This document shows positions 23,901-37,923 of a DNA stretch of 64,000 nucleotides, one piece after another (position 1 is the first letter of the stretch; each line of letters opens with the position of its first letter). The stretch lies in assembly GCF_041886205.1 (NCBI RefSeq), contig NZ_CP169029.1. One strand, 5' to 3'. The DNA comes from Escherichia coli (GTDB lineage Bacteria > Pseudomonadota > Gammaproteobacteria > Enterobacterales > Enterobacteriaceae). The translations under genes and the position numbers were made by a program. The notes under the pieces were generated by a model. The model was given only the letters and a program-made list of their open reading frames with translations. It had not been told where the DNA came from and made no database searches.

Positions 23901-24018
23901 GCGACTGCCGCGTAACCGCTGTCTGGCGACCGGATATTCCTGCCGTAGCCAGGTAAAACGGGTTGAAGGCACGGGGGTACGCCATCCTGTGCAGGCTTTA
24001 CTGGAGATTATTAAATGA
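20962..24018 (+). CDS. ydiJ: FAD-linked oxidoreductase with C-terminal Fe-S / CCG domains (reported D-2-hydroxyglutarate dehydrogenase)
   Basis: 1018-aa ORF; FAD-binding PCMH domain N-terminal, Cys clusters C-terminal. Confidence 0.9.
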   Translation: MIPQISQAPGVVQLVLNFLQELEQQGFTGDTATSYADRLTMSTDNSIYQLLPDAVVFPRSTADVALIARLAAQERYSSLIFTPRGGGTGTNGQALNQGIIVDMSRHMNRIIEINPEEGWVRVEAGVIKDQLNQYLKPFGYFFAPELSTSNRATLGGMINTDASGQGSLVYGKTSDHVLGVRAVLLGGDILDTQPLPVELAETLGKSNTTIGRIYNTVYQRCRQQRQLIIDNFPKLNRFLTGYDLRHVFNDEMTEFDLTRILTGSEGTLAFITEARLDITRLPKVRRLVNVKYDSFDSALRNAPFMVEARALSVETVDSKVLNLAREDIVWHSVSELITDVPDQEMLGLNIVEFAGDDEALIDERVNALCARLDELIASHQAGVIGWQVCRELAGVERIYAMRKKAVGLLGNAKGAAKPIPFAEDTCVPPEHLADYIAEFRALLDSHGLSYGMFGHVDAGVLHVRPALDMCDPQQEILMKQISDDVVALTAKYGGLLWGEHGKGFRAEYSPAFFGEELFAELRKVKAAFDPHNRLNPGKICPPEGLDAPMMKVDAVKRGTFDRQIPIAVRQQWRGAMECNGNGLCFNFDARSPMCPSMKITQNRIHSPKGRATLVREWLRLLADRGVDPLKLEQELPESGVSLRTLIARTRNSWHANKGEYDFSHEVKEAMSGCLACKACSTQCPIKIDVPEFRSRFLQLYHTRYLRPLRDHLVATVESYAPLMARAPKTFNFFINQPLVRKLSEKHIGMVDLPLLSVPSLQQQMVGHRSANMTLEQLESLNAEQKARTVLVVQDPFTSYYDAQVVADFVRLVEKLGFQPVLLPFSPNGKAQHIKGFLNRFAKTAKKTADFLNRMAKLGMPMVGVDPALVLCYRDEYKLALGEERGEFNVLLANEWLASALESQPVATVSGESWYFFGHCTEVTALPGAPAQWAAIFARFGAKLENVSVGCCGMAGTYGHEAKNHENSLGIYELSWHQAMQRLPRNRCLATGYSCRSQVKRVEGTGVRHPVQALLEIIK

Positions 24019-24425
24019 TATGGAAACGGAAAATCACCCTGGAAGCACTGAATGCTATGGGTGAAGGAAACATGGTGGGGTTCCTGGATATTCGCTTTGA
24101 ACATATTGGTGATGACACCCTTGAAGCGACAATGCCAGTAGACTCGCGGACAAAGCAGCCTTTCGGGTTGCTGCATGGAGGAGCATCCGTGGTACTGGCC
24201 GAAAGTATCGGTTCCGTTGCCGGTTATTTATGTACCGAAGGTGAGCAAAAAGTGGTTGGTCTGGAAATCAATGCTAACCACGTCCGCTCGGCACGAGAAG
24301 GGCGGGTGCGCGGCGTATGCAAACCGTTGCATCTCGGTTCGCGTCACCAGGTCTGGCAGATTGAAATCTTCGATGAGAAAGGGCGTTTGTGCTGTTCGTC
24401 ACGATTGACGACCGCCATTTTGTGA
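24015..24425 (+). CDS. menI: 1,4-dihydroxy-2-naphthoyl-CoA hydrolase (hotdog-fold thioesterase)
   Basis: 136-aa ORF recognised as YdiI/MenI; start overlaps ydiJ stop. Confidence 0.9.
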   Translation: MIWKRKITLEALNAMGEGNMVGFLDIRFEHIGDDTLEATMPVDSRTKQPFGLLHGGASVVLAESIGSVAGYLCTEGEQKVVGLEINANHVRSAREGRVRGVCKPLHLGSRHQVWQIEIFDEKGRLCCSSRLTTAIL

Positions 24426-24524
24426 CGTTGTCACCAGAAAAGTGTGACGCATATTGCTTTTGGTCATTATCTGCACAGTAAACGGTGGTATACTGTGCAG
24501 GTCTTGTCTAAAAGCGAGGATGCT

Positions 24525-24713
24525 ATGTCTACTCAACTTGATCCCACCCAGCTGGCCATTGAATTTTTACGCCGTGACCAGAGCAATCTTTCACCTGCCC
24601 AATATCTCAAACGTCTGAAACAACTAGAACTTGAATTTGCTGACCTGCTTACTCTCTCTTCTGCTGAATTAAAAGAAGAAATCTACTTTGCCTGGCGTCT
24701 GGGCGTGCATTGA
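24525..24713 (+). CDS. ydiH: small protein YdiH
   Basis: ORF 24444..24713; start chosen at MSTQLDPTQLAIEF giving 62 aa. Confidence 0.7.
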   Translation: MSTQLDPTQLAIEFLRRDQSNLSPAQYLKRLKQLELEFADLLTLSSAELKEEIYFAWRLGVH

Positions 24714-24937
24714 TCCTGACTTAATGCCGCAAGTTCGCCAAATCGACCTGGATTAACCTCCGTCCAGGTTCGATGACCTTCTTAATACTGCTTATCTACC
24801 GCCTGATATTGTTCAAAAATAATACTAATCGCAGTTTGTGTTAAAACGGCGGGTTAGCTTTATGAGATTATTCTTATCGCCCCTTCAAGAGCTAAGCCAC
24901 TGAGAGTGCCGGAGATAAGCGCCGGATGGGGTAGAAA

Positions 24938-24980
24938 CCCTTAAGCCTGTGTCGCACAGACTTAAGGGTTTTCTTATTTC
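24938..24980 (+). terminator. strong intrinsic terminator hairpin (CCCTTAAGCCTGTG…CACAGACTTAAGGG) followed by TTTTCTTATTT; possible 3' end of sRNA RydB
   Basis: Perfect inverted repeat plus U-tract seen in sequence, about 225 nt downstream of the ydiH stop. Confidence 0.6.
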
Positions 24981-25200
24981 TGAACGCTGCACTTTTTTAC
25001 CTATCTCTTAAATAGTCATTTTCAATACAACTTTTTCTTTTTCATCACAGCCTTAATGCTCCTTAGATAATAACCATTATCTAACAATGAGATACCTAAT
25101 TCTTAGCGTGCCTGTTAACCCACACATCAGGGTCTATGCTTATTAAAAGCAGGCAAAAAGCATGTTTTACGGTAAAGCCCCTGCGTTTGCTGGGTTGAAC

Positions 25201-25219
25201 TGATAATCATTATCACTAA
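25201..25219. promoter_or_regulatory. Fur box (TGATAATCATTATCA) in the sufA promoter
   Basis: Near-consensus Fur operator about 45 bp upstream of the sufA start; suf operon is known to be Fur-repressed. Confidence 0.7.
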
Positions 25220-25260
25220 CATGCTGTTATACGCTGAAAGCGATGAAGTGAGGTAAATCG

Positions 25261-25629
25261 ATGGACATGCATTCAGGAACCTTTAACCCACAAGATTTCG
25301 CCTGGCAAGGCTTAACGCTGACACCCGCAGCGGCGATACACATCCGTGAGCTGGTGGCAAAGCAGCCGGGTATGGTCGGCGTGCGCTTAGGCGTGAAGCA
25401 AACGGGCTGCGCGGGCTTTGGCTATGTGCTCGACAGTGTTAGCGAGCCGGACAAAGACGATCTGCTGTTTGAACACGACGGCGCGAAGCTGTTTGTCCCG
25501 CTGCAAGCGATGCCGTTTATTGATGGCACGGAAGTCGATTTCGTTCGTGAAGGACTTAATCAGATATTCAAATTTCACAACCCTAAAGCCCAGAATGAAT
25601 GTGGCTGTGGCGAAAGCTTTGGGGTATAG
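25261..25629 (+). CDS. sufA: Fe-S cluster A-type carrier
   Basis: 122-aa ORF with C-terminal CGCGESF motif. Confidence 0.95.
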   Translation: MDMHSGTFNPQDFAWQGLTLTPAAAIHIRELVAKQPGMVGVRLGVKQTGCAGFGYVLDSVSEPDKDDLLFEHDGAKLFVPLQAMPFIDGTEVDFVREGLNQIFKFHNPKAQNECGCGESFGV

Positions 25630-25637
25630 GCGGTACT

Positions 25638-27125
25638 ATGTCTCGTAATACTGAAGCAACTGACGATGTCAAAACCTGGACCGGCGGCCCGCTGAATTAT
25701 AAAGAAGGATTCTTCACCCAGTTAGCCACCGATGAGCTGGCAAAGGGGATAAACGAAGAGGTGGTGCGCGCAATTTCGGCGAAGCGTAATGAGCCGGAGT
25801 GGATGCTGGAGTTTCGTCTAAACGCCTATCGCGCATGGCTGGAGATGGAAGAACCGCACTGGTTGAAAGCGCACTACGACAAGCTGAATTATCAGGATTA
25901 CAGCTACTACTCAGCACCATTGTGCGGTAATTGTGACGACACTTGCGCGTCTGAACCTGGCGCGGTGCAGCAAACTGGCGCGAACGCCTTTTTAAGTAAA
26001 GAGGTGGAGGCGGCGTTTGAGCAGTTGGGCGTTCCCGTGCGGGAAGGCAAAGAGGTGGCGGTGGATGCCATTTTCGACTCAGTTTCGGTTGCCACTACTT
26101 ATCGCGAAAAACTGGCGGAGCAGGGAATTATTTTCTGTTCCTTTGGTGAGGCGATCCACGATCACCCGGAACTGGTGCGTAAATATCTCGGCACCGTGGT
26201 GCCGGGGAATGACAACTTCTTTGCCGCGCTTAATGCGGCGGTAGCCTCTGACGGTACGTTTATTTATGTGCCTAAAGGCGTGCGCTGCCCGATGGAACTT
26301 TCCACCTATTTTCGCATTAACGCAGAAAAAACCGGGCAGTTTGAGCGCACCATTCTGGTGGCCGACGAAGACAGCTACGTCAGCTACATTGAAGGCTGTT
26401 CCGCTCCGGTGCGTGACAGCTATCAGTTACACGCGGCAGTGGTGGAAGTCATCATCCATAAAAACGCCGAGGTGAAATATTCCACGGTACAAAACTGGTT
26501 TCCTGGCGATAACAACACCGGCGGTATTCTCAACTTCGTCACCAAGCGTGCTTTGTGCGAAGGCGAAAACAGCAAAATGTCATGGACGCAATCAGAAACC
26601 GGGTCAGCGATTACGTGGAAATATCCCAGCTGCATTTTGCGCGGCGATAACTCCATTGGTGAGTTTTACTCAGTGGCGCTGACCAGCGGTCATCAGCAAG
26701 CGGATACCGGCACCAAGATGATCCACATCGGTAAAAACACCAAATCGACCATTATCTCGAAAGGGATCTCTGCCGGACATAGTCAGAACAGTTATCGCGG
26801 CTTAGTGAAAATCATGCCGACGGCAACCAATGCGCGCAATTTCACTCAGTGCGACTCAATGCTGATTGGCGCTAATTGTGGGGCGCATACCTTCCCGTAT
26901 GTCGAATGTCGCAATAACAGTGCACAACTGGAGCACGAGGCAACGACATCACGTATTGGTGAAGATCAACTGTTTTACTGCCTGCAACGCGGGATCAGCG
27001 AAGAAGACGCCATCTCGATGATTGTTAACGGTTTCTGCAAAGACGTGTTCTCAGAACTGCCGCTGGAATTTGCCGTTGAAGCACAAAAACTCCTCGCCAT
27101 CAGTCTTGAACACAGCGTCGGATAA
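25638..27125 (+). CDS. sufB: Fe-S cluster assembly scaffold SufB
   Basis: ORF 25599..27125; start chosen at [10 protein letters not shown] giving 495 aa. Confidence 0.93.
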   Translation: MSRNTEATDDVKTWTGGPLNYKEGFFTQLATDELAKGINEEVVRAISAKRNEPEWMLEFRLNAYRAWLEMEEPHWLKAHYDKLNYQDYSYYSAPLCGNCDDTCASEPGAVQQTGANAFLSKEVEAAFEQLGVPVREGKEVAVDAIFDSVSVATTYREKLAEQGIIFCSFGEAIHDHPELVRKYLGTVVPGNDNFFAALNAAVASDGTFIYVPKGVRCPMELSTYFRINAEKTGQFERTILVADEDSYVSYIEGCSAPVRDSYQLHAAVVEVIIHKNAEVKYSTVQNWFPGDNNTGGILNFVTKRALCEGENSKMSWTQSETGSAITWKYPSCILRGDNSIGEFYSVALTSGHQQADTGTKMIHIGKNTKSTIISKGISAGHSQNSYRGLVKIMPTATNARNFTQCDSMLIGANCGAHTFPYVECRNNSAQLEHEATTSRIGEDQLFYCLQRGISEEDAISMIVNGFCKDVFSELPLEFAVEAQKLLAISLEHSVG

Positions 27126-27134
27126 GGAATAAAT

Positions 27135-27881
27135 ATGTTAAGTATTAAAGATTTACACGTTAGCGTGGAAGATAAAGCTATCCTGCGCGGATTAAGCCTC
27201 GACGTTCGTCCCGGCGAAGTTCACGCCATTATGGGGCCAAACGGTTCGGGCAAAAGTACCTTATCGGCAACGCTTGCCGGGCGCGAAGATTATGAAGTGA
27301 CGGGCGGCACGGTTGAGTTCAAAGGCAAAGATTTGCTTGCACTGTCGCCGGAAGATCGTGCAGGCGAAGGCATCTTTATGGCCTTCCAGTATCCGGTGGA
27401 GATTCCAGGTGTCAGTAACCAGTTTTTCCTGCAAACGGCACTTAATGCGGTGCGCAGCTATCGCGGCCAGGAAACGCTCGACCGCTTTGATTTTCAGGAT
27501 TTGATGGAAGAGAAAATCGCTCTCCTGAAGATGCCGGAAGATTTATTAACCCGTTCGGTAAACGTTGGTTTTTCCGGCGGCGAGAAAAAGCGCAACGATA
27601 TTTTGCAAATGGCGGTGCTGGAACCGGAGTTATGCATTCTTGATGAGTCGGACTCCGGGCTGGATATTGACGCATTAAAAGTGGTCGCCGATGGCGTGAA
27701 CTCGCTGCGTGATGGCAAGCGCTCATTCATCATTGTTACGCACTACCAACGCATTCTCGACTACATCAAGCCTGATTACGTTCATGTGCTATATCAGGGA
27801 CGAATTGTGAAATCCGGCGATTTCACGTTGGTCAAACAACTGGAGGAGCAGGGTTATGGCTGGCTTACCGAACAGCAGTAA
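27135..27881 (+). CDS. sufC: Fe-S cluster assembly ATPase SufC
   Basis: 248-aa ORF with Walker A GPNGSGKST. Confidence 0.95.
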   Translation: MLSIKDLHVSVEDKAILRGLSLDVRPGEVHAIMGPNGSGKSTLSATLAGREDYEVTGGTVEFKGKDLLALSPEDRAGEGIFMAFQYPVEIPGVSNQFFLQTALNAVRSYRGQETLDRFDFQDLMEEKIALLKMPEDLLTRSVNVGFSGGEKKRNDILQMAVLEPELCILDESDSGLDIDALKVVADGVNSLRDGKRSFIIVTHYQRILDYIKPDYVHVLYQGRIVKSGDFTLVKQLEEQGYGWLTEQQ

Positions 27882-29127
27882 CGCGCTGCAACAGTGGCAT
27901 CACTTGTTTGAAGCTGAAGGGACAAAACGCTCCCCGCAAGCACAGCAGCATTTACAACAATTGCTGCGTACCGGACTGCCGACACGTAAACATGAAAACT
28001 GGAAATATACGCCGCTGGAAGGGCTGATCAATAGCCAGTTTGTCAGCATTGCGGGAGAGATATCCCCACAGCAGCGTGATGCCTTAGCGTTAACGTTAGA
28101 CTCCGTGCGGCTGGTGTTTGTCGATGGGCGTTACGTGCCCGCACTGAGCGATGCAACTGAAGGCAGCGGATATGAAGTGAGCATTAACGACGACCGTCAG
28201 GGTTTACCCGACGCTATTCAGGCGGAAGTGTTTCTGCATTTGACGGAAAGCCTGGCACAAAGCGTGACGCATATCGCCGTGAAGCGCGGTCAACGGCCGG
28301 CAAAGCCATTGCTGTTAATGCATATCACCCAGGGCGTGGCAGGTGAAGAGGTGAACACTGCCCATTACCGACATCATCTGGATCTGGCGGAAGGTGCCGA
28401 AGCAACGGTGATCGAACATTTTGTCAGCCTGAATGATGCTCGTCATTTTACCGGGGCACGGTTCACTATCAACGTCGCAGCGAATGCCCACTTGCAGCAT
28501 ATCAAGCTGGCGTTTGAAAACCCGCTCAGTCACCACTTTGCTCATAACGATTTGTTGCTGGCTGAGGATGCCACCGCATTTAGCCACAGTTTCCTGCTGG
28601 GTGGCGCAGTGTTACGACACAACACCAGTACGCAACTCAATGGCGAAAACAGCACGCTGCGGATCAATAGCCTGGCGATGCCGGTGAAAAACGAGGTGTG
28701 TGATACCCGTACCTGGCTGGAACACAATAAAGGTTTTTGTAACAGCCGACAGTTGCACAAAACTATCGTCAGCGACAAAGGCCGCGCGGTATTTAACGGT
28801 TTGATCAACGTCGCGCAGCACGCCATCAAAACGGATGGTCAGATGACCAACAACAATCTGCTGATGGGCAAACTGGCGGAAGTGGATACGAAACCGCAGC
28901 TGGAAATCTATGCAGATGATGTGAAATGCAGCCACGGCGCGACGGTGGGGCGTATTGATGATGAACAGATATTCTATCTGCGCTCGCGCGGGATCAATCA
29001 GCAGGATGCCCAGCAGATGATCATTTACGCCTTCGCTGCCGAACTGACGGAAGCACTGCGTGATGAGGGGCTTAAACAGCAGGTGCTGGCCCGAATCGGT
29101 CAACGGCTGCCAGGAGGTGCAAGATGA
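27856..29127 (+). CDS. sufD: Fe-S cluster assembly protein SufD
   Basis: 423-aa ORF; start overlaps sufC 3' end. Confidence 0.93.
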
Positions 29128-30344
29128 TTTTTTCCGTCGACAAAGTGCGGGCCGACTTTCCGGTGCTTTCGCGTGAGGTAAACGGTTTGCCGCTGGCTTA
29201 TCTCGACAGCGCCGCCAGTGCGCAGAAACCGAGCCAGGTGATTGACGCCGAGGCCGAGTTTTATCGTCATGGCTACGCGGCGGTGCATCGTGGTATTCAT
29301 ACCTTAAGCGCCCAGGCGACCGAGAAAATGGAGAACGTGCGCAAGCGGGCATCGCTGTTTATTAATGCCCGTTCGGCGGAAGAGCTGGTGTTCGTCCGCG
29401 GCACGACGGAAGGGATCAATCTGGTCGCCAATAGCTGGGGCAACAGCAACGTGCGGGCGGGCGATAACATCATCATCAGTCAGATGGAGCACCACGCTAA
29501 CATTGTTCCCTGGCAGATGCTTTGCGCACGCGTTGGCGCAGAGCTGCGTGTGATCCCGCTCAATCCCGATGGTACGTTGCAACTGGAGACGCTGCCTACG
29601 CTGTTTGATGAGAAAACTCGCCTGCTGGCAATTACTCATGTCTCCAACGTGCTTGGCACAGAAAATCCACTGGCGGAAATGATCACGCTTGCGCACCAGC
29701 ATGGCGCAAAAGTGCTGGTGGATGGCGCTCAGGCGGTGATGCATCATCCGGTGGATGTTCAGGCGCTGGATTGCGACTTTTACGTGTTCTCCGGGCATAA
29801 ACTGTATGGCCCCACCGGAATTGGCATTCTTTATGTGAAAGAAGCCTTGTTGCAGGAGATGCCGCCGTGGGAAGGGGGCGGTTCTATGATCGCCACCGTC
29901 AGCCTGAGTGAAGGCACTACCTGGACCAAAGCACCATGGCGGTTTGAAGCCGGTACACCCAATACCGGGGGCATCATTGGTCTTGGCGCGGCGCTGGAGT
30001 ATGTTTCGGCGCTGGGGCTTAATAACATAGCCGAGTATGAACAGAATCTGATGCATTACGCGCTATCACAGCTGGAATCTGTACCGGATCTCACTCTCTA
30101 TGGCCCACAAAACAGGCTTGGCGTTATTGCTTTTAATCTCGGTAAACACCACGCCTATGATGTTGGCAGTTTTCTCGATAATTACGGCATTGCTGTGCGT
30201 ACCGGACATCACTGCGCTATGCCATTAATGGCCTATTACAACGTCCCTGCGATGTGTCGGGCGTCGCTGGCCATGTATAACACCCATGAAGAAGTGGATC
30301 GTCTGGTGACCGGATTGCAACGTATTCACCGTCTGCTGGGATAA
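29124..30344 (+). CDS. sufS: cysteine desulfurase SufS
   Basis: 406-aa ORF, class-V aminotransferase fold; start overlaps sufD stop. Confidence 0.95.
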   Translation: MIFSVDKVRADFPVLSREVNGLPLAYLDSAASAQKPSQVIDAEAEFYRHGYAAVHRGIHTLSAQATEKMENVRKRASLFINARSAEELVFVRGTTEGINLVANSWGNSNVRAGDNIIISQMEHHANIVPWQMLCARVGAELRVIPLNPDGTLQLETLPTLFDEKTRLLAITHVSNVLGTENPLAEMITLAHQHGAKVLVDGAQAVMHHPVDVQALDCDFYVFSGHKLYGPTGIGILYVKEALLQEMPPWEGGGSMIATVSLSEGTTWTKAPWRFEAGTPNTGGIIGLGAALEYVSALGLNNIAEYEQNLMHYALSQLESVPDLTLYGPQNRLGVIAFNLGKHHAYDVGSFLDNYGIAVRTGHHCAMPLMAYYNVPAMCRASLAMYNTHEEVDRLVTGLQRIHRLLG

Positions 30345-30356
30345 CAGGGAGGCACT

Positions 30357-30773
30357 ATGGCTGTATTGCCGGATAAAGAAAAATTGCTGCGTAATTTTTT
30401 ACGCTGCGCCAACTGGGAAGAGAAATATCTCTACATTATTGAGCTGGGCCAGCGTCTGCCAGAATTACGCGACGAAGACCGAAGCCCACAAAATAGCATT
30501 CAGGGCTGCCAGAGTCAGGTGTGGATTGTCATGCGCCAGAATGCGCAGGGAATTATTGAATTGCAGGGCGACAGCGATGCGGCGATTGTGAAAGGGCTTA
30601 TTGCGGTCGTCTTTATTCTCTACGATCAGATGACGCCGCAGGATATTGTCAATTTCGATGTGCGTCCGTGGTTTGAAAAAATGGCGCTCACCCAACATCT
30701 CACCCCATCTCGTTCACAAGGTCTGGAAGCGATGATTCGCGCAATTCGCGCCAAAGCCGCTGCACTTAGCTAA
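30357..30773 (+). CDS. sufE: sulfur acceptor SufE
   Basis: 138-aa ORF recognised as SufE. Confidence 0.95.
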   Translation: MAVLPDKEKLLRNFLRCANWEEKYLYIIELGQRLPELRDEDRSPQNSIQGCQSQVWIVMRQNAQGIIELQGDSDAAIVKGLIAVVFILYDQMTPQDIVNFDVRPWFEKMALTQHLTPSRSQGLEAMIRAIRAKAAALS

Positions 30774-30921
30774 ACTAAAGGGACAGCTTTCATCCGGTTG
30801 GCTCACATTGCCGGATGGTCAATGTTTACACTGACCTGCACAGGAGTGTTTTGGTTTCAGGTGAACATAAGCGCCATCCGACGTTTCAGCGTGAGTCTCC
30901 GGCAAATACAGGAGGTTTACA

Positions 30922-31926
30922 ATGAAACGCGCGTCTTTGCTTACACTCACGCTTATCGGCGCTTTTAGCGCCATCCAGGCTGCCTGGGCGGTTGATTATC
31001 CGCTACCACCAACCGGAAGCCGACTGGTTGGGCAAAATCAAACGTATACGGTGCAAGAAGGGGATAAAAACCTTCAGGCTATTGCCCGACGTTTTGATAC
31101 TGCGGCAATGTTGATCCTTGAAGCCAATAACACTATCGCCCCGGTGCCAAAGCCCGGTACGACGATAACTATTCCTTCGCAACTGTTATTACCTGATGCG
31201 CCGCGTCAGGGGATTATCGTTAACCTTGCAGAGCTGCGCCTTTATTATTATCCGCCGGGAGAAAATATCGTGCAGGTTTATCCGATAGGTATTGGCTTGC
31301 AGGGGCTGGAAACGCCGGTGATGGAAACGCGTGTGGGGCAGAAAATCCCTAACCCAACCTGGACGCCTACGGCAGGCATTCGTCAACGTTCGCTGGAGCG
31401 TGGCATTAAATTACCGCCAGTCGTTCCTGCCGGACCAAATAACCCGCTAGGACGTTACGCACTGCGCCTCGCGCATGGTAATGGCGAATACCTCATTCAT
31501 GGCACCAGTGCGCCGGACAGCGTTGGTTTGCGCGTCAGTTCAGGGTGTATTCGCATGAATGCACCGGATATTAAAGCCTTGTTCTCCAGCGTGCGGACGG
31601 GAACGCCGGTGAAAGTGATCAACGAACCGGTGAAATATTCCGTGGAACCTAACGGGATGCGTTATGTTGAAGTACATCGACCACTATCAGCAGAAGAACA
31701 GCAAAACGTTCAGACAATGCCATACACACTGCCAGCAGGCTTTACGCAATTTAAAGACAATAAGGCTGTAGATCAGAAGTTAGTCGATAAAGCGTTGTAT
31801 CGTCGGGCAGGGTATCCGGTTTCGGTGAGCAGTGGAGCAACTCCCGCAGCCAGCAATGCGCCTTCAGTAGAGTCAGCGCAGAATGGTGAACCAGAGCAAG
31901 GGAATATGTTACGCGCGACGCAGTAG
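30922..31926 (+). CDS. ldtE: L,D-transpeptidase (LysM + YkuD domains)
   Basis: 334-aa ORF with signal peptide and catalytic SSGCIRM motif. Confidence 0.9.
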   Translation: MKRASLLTLTLIGAFSAIQAAWAVDYPLPPTGSRLVGQNQTYTVQEGDKNLQAIARRFDTAAMLILEANNTIAPVPKPGTTITIPSQLLLPDAPRQGIIVNLAELRLYYYPPGENIVQVYPIGIGLQGLETPVMETRVGQKIPNPTWTPTAGIRQRSLERGIKLPPVVPAGPNNPLGRYALRLAHGNGEYLIHGTSAPDSVGLRVSSGCIRMNAPDIKALFSSVRTGTPVKVINEPVKYSVEPNGMRYVEVHRPLSAEEQQNVQTMPYTLPAGFTQFKDNKAVDQKLVDKALYRRAGYPVSVSSGATPAASNAPSVESAQNGEPEQGNMLRATQ

Positions 31927-31941
31927 CGGTAAACGGCAAAC

Positions 31942-31974
31942 AAAAAAAATGGCGCACAATGTGCGCCATTTTTC
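31942..31974. terminator. hairpin AATGGCGCACAATGTGCGCCATT flanked by A-run and T-run (lpp terminator, probably bidirectional)
   Basis: Perfect inverted repeat between convergent ldtE and lpp. Confidence 0.75.
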
Positions 31975-31989
31975 ACTTCACAGGTACTA

Positions 31990-32238
<249 letters not shown>

Positions 32239-32480
32239 CTAGATTGAGTTAATCTCCATGTAGCGTTACAAGTATTACACAAAGTTTTTTATGTTGAGAA
32301 TATTTTTTTGATGGGAAGGCACTTATTTTTGATCGTTCGCTCAAAGAAGCATCGAACGCTGGGTTTTAGATAAAAAAATTGAGAGAAAACAGGATGCTTC
32401 CATCGGATTCATCTTAGATAAAGTGAGATTATATAGTGAAATCCGATTTGATTTTTTATTGCTTCTGGTTATCGATTAAA

Positions 32481-32506
32481 TAAAAAAAGCGCCCATCAGG
32501 GCGCTT
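32481..32506 (-). terminator. intrinsic terminator downstream of pykF (GCGCCCTGATGGGCGC + U-run on minus strand)
   Basis: Inverted repeat and A-run on plus strand immediately 3' of pykF. Confidence 0.7.
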
Positions 32507-32536
32507 CGATATACAAATTAATTCACAAAAGCAATA

Positions 32537-33949
32537 TTACAGGACGTGAACAGATGCGGTGTTAGTAGTGCCGCTCGGTACCAGTGCACCAGAAACCATA
32601 ACTACAACGTCACCTTTGTGTGCCAGACCGCTCTGCAGAGCCAGTTCTTTACCCAGACGGTAGAAATCATCAGTAGAAGTGATCTCTTTAACCAGCTGCG
32701 GCACAACGCCTTTGCTCAGTACCAACTGATGAGCCGTTTTTTCGTTGGTGGTCAGTGCCAGGATGGTGGCATCCGGGAAGTATTTACGTACTGCGCGAGC
32801 AGATTTACCGCCCTGAGTAGCAACCACGATCAGCGGAGCATCCAGTTTTTCAGCAGTTTCAACGGCACCACGGCATACCGCTTCGGTAATGCGCAGTTTA
32901 CGGTTGTCATTGTTGAACTCGAGACGGCTGTTCATCACGCGGTCGGTACGTTCGCAGATGGTCGCCATGATAGAAACCGCTTCCAGCGGGTATTTACCTT
33001 TTGCGGATTCACCAGACAGCATCACTGCGTCAGTACCGTCGAGGATGGCGTTTGCAACGTCACCGGCTTCTGCGCGAGTCGGGCGTGGGTTTTTGATCAT
33101 GGAATCCAGCATCTGGGTCGCAGTGATAACGACTTTACGTGCACGGATACATTTTTCGATCATCATCTTCTGGGCGAAGATAACTTCTTCTACCGGGATT
33201 TCTACACCCAGGTCGCCACGCGCAACCATGATGCCGTCAGAGGCTTCGAGGATTTCGTCGAAGTTGTTGAGGCCTTCCTGGTTTTCGATTTTGGAGATGA
33301 TGTGGATGTTTTCGCCGCCGTGCGCTTTCAGGTGCTCACGGATTTCGATAACGTCAGAACGCTTACGAATAAAGGAAGCAGCAACAAAGTCTACGCCTTG
33401 TTCGCAACCAAAGATCAGGTCCTGTTTGTCTTTTTCAGCCAGTGCTGGCAGAGCAATGGAAACGCCAGGCAGGTTCACACCTTTGTTTTCGCCCAGGTCA
33501 CCGTTGTTCAGCACTTTACAGATAACTTTGTTACCTTCAATGGCGGTAACTTCCATACCGATCAGACCATCGTCAACCAGTACGGTGTTGCCAACAGACA
33601 GGTCAGTAGTGAAACCTTCATACGTTACCGCAACCATTTCGCTGTTGCCGATAACAGATTTATCAGTGGTGAAAGTAAAGGTCTGACCAGCTTTCAGAGA
33701 AACGTCGTTACCGCCTTCCAGTTTCATGGTGCGGATTTCCGGACCTTTGGTATCAAGCAGGATAGCGGCGGTTTTACCAGTTTTGCTCATCACGTTGCGC
33801 AGATTCTGAATGCGCTGACCGTGTTCTGCATAGTCACCATGAGAGAAGTTCAGACGCATAACGTTCATGCCAGCGTCCAGCATTTTAGCTAACATCTCTT
33901 CAGATTCGGTTTTCGGTCCGATGGTGCAAACAATTTTGGTCTTTTTCAT
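32537..33949 (-). CDS. pykF: pyruvate kinase I
   Basis: ORF 32537..34165; start chosen at [19 protein letters not shown] giving 470 aa. Confidence 0.95.
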
Positions 33950-34505
33950 GACAGTCTTAGTCTTTAAGTTGAGAAGGATGGGAGAAACTTGCTTTCTGGG
34001 CGCACTGCCGGAAAGCGAATCCGGTATTACGAAAGTGGTGGTGCCTCGCTCTAAGGATAGGTGACATCGAAAAAGCGTGCAGAGGAATGTGTGCTTGTGT
34101 CTCAGCCCAACGTGAGTGCCTGTTTTTGAGTCGTTGAGTTCTACAGTCCAAAGTGCTGAAACCATTCAAGAGTCAATTGGCGCGCATTATACGCTGAAAT
34201 TAATCCAAAAGGAAAACAAAAACAGCGTTTCAAAAAATATACAACTTGTTAGACAATAAATTGTTATCAAAGATTTAACGTTCCAGGGAAAAGGTTACGC
34301 AAAAACTTCACTGTTTGCGCAACGTCTGGTGCCGAAGTTGTCAGTGTGAGGATAAGTGAAAGTTCATCCGGTGTATAAATATATCATCGCTCAATTGCTA
34401 CAGTTAAAATAATTTATCGCGTTATTTGTCTGATTTTGTTTGATTTTTGTTTAATTGGTTAGATTGATATATGCTGATAGTTGGCATGATAAATAGGTAT
34501 AAAGA

Positions 34506-34715
34506 ATGGGAAATCGGACAAAAGAGGATGAACTGTACCGAGAAATGTGCAGAGTTGTCGGTAAAGTTGTGCTGGAAATGCGCGATCTGGGGCAGGAACC
34601 AAAGCATATTGTTATCGCAGGCGTATTACGTACAGCATTAGCCAATAAACGCATTCAGCGCAGTGAGCTGGAAAAGCAGGCGATGGAAACCGTCATTAAC
34701 GCACTGGTAAAATGA
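34506..34715 (+). CDS. fumD: small fumarase D (YdhZ)
   Basis: 69-aa ORF MGNRTKEDELYREMCRVVGKV... Confidence 0.8.
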   Translation: MGNRTKEDELYREMCRVVGKVVLEMRDLGQEPKHIVIAGVLRTALANKRIQRSELEKQAMETVINALVK

Positions 34716-35170
34716 CCATTCAGGATGAGGCGGTAAGCTTCATCCTGATATTCTTGCTTCAGTTGCGGTCCAGTTAATCATTCTAAATAACAACTGCTGA
34801 AATTATACGAATTGCGGTATGTATTTTAATTTATAACGATAATATTATTTTTATTTTCTGCAATGAACGTCACAAATAATTGTCGCTTAAGTTAAATTTA
34901 TTTTAAATGATAATAAATATCAGTTCACTTATAATTTCTTGCTTTGTAATTTTAATTGATAACGATCAATGTTAAGGGTTCAGAATAATTACATTATTTT
35001 TTCTCCTAACCATAAAGGATTAGTTTATCGGCGTTAAATCTTTTCTCATACACTATCGGGTTAGGGAAAATATCTGGTGTTGGGGACAGAGTCAGCAGCG
35101 TATTAGTTGAATGCTTAATATCAGGCTGCTGAATTGTCAGCACTGTGTTTGCGAAGAGGATGCGAAATAA

Positions 35171-37920
<2,750 letters not shown>

Positions 37921-37923
37921 GGA

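Noticed and set aside
28612-30056. Minus-strand ORFs of 246 and 250 aa antisense to sufD and sufS
   Set aside because: Fully embedded in the suf operon on the opposite strand; the translations are Arg/His-rich with no recognisable domain. Treated as antisense frame artefacts.
32546-33892. 448-aa ORF on the plus strand (and a nested 265-aa ORF at 32889..33686), antisense to pykF
   Set aside because: It lies entirely within, and antisense to, the well-supported pykF CDS. Long stop-free antisense frames are a common by-product of strong codon bias in highly expressed genes. There is no RBS and the product is low-complexity.
34716-35170. 455-bp AT-rich segment upstream of ydhY, considered as a possible foreign island or small-gene cluster
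   Set aside because: No ORF of meaningful length, no repeats or IS ends. The composition and position are typical of a complex anaerobic promoter/leader, and I recall an intergenic region of similar size here in K-12, though I cannot check its length.
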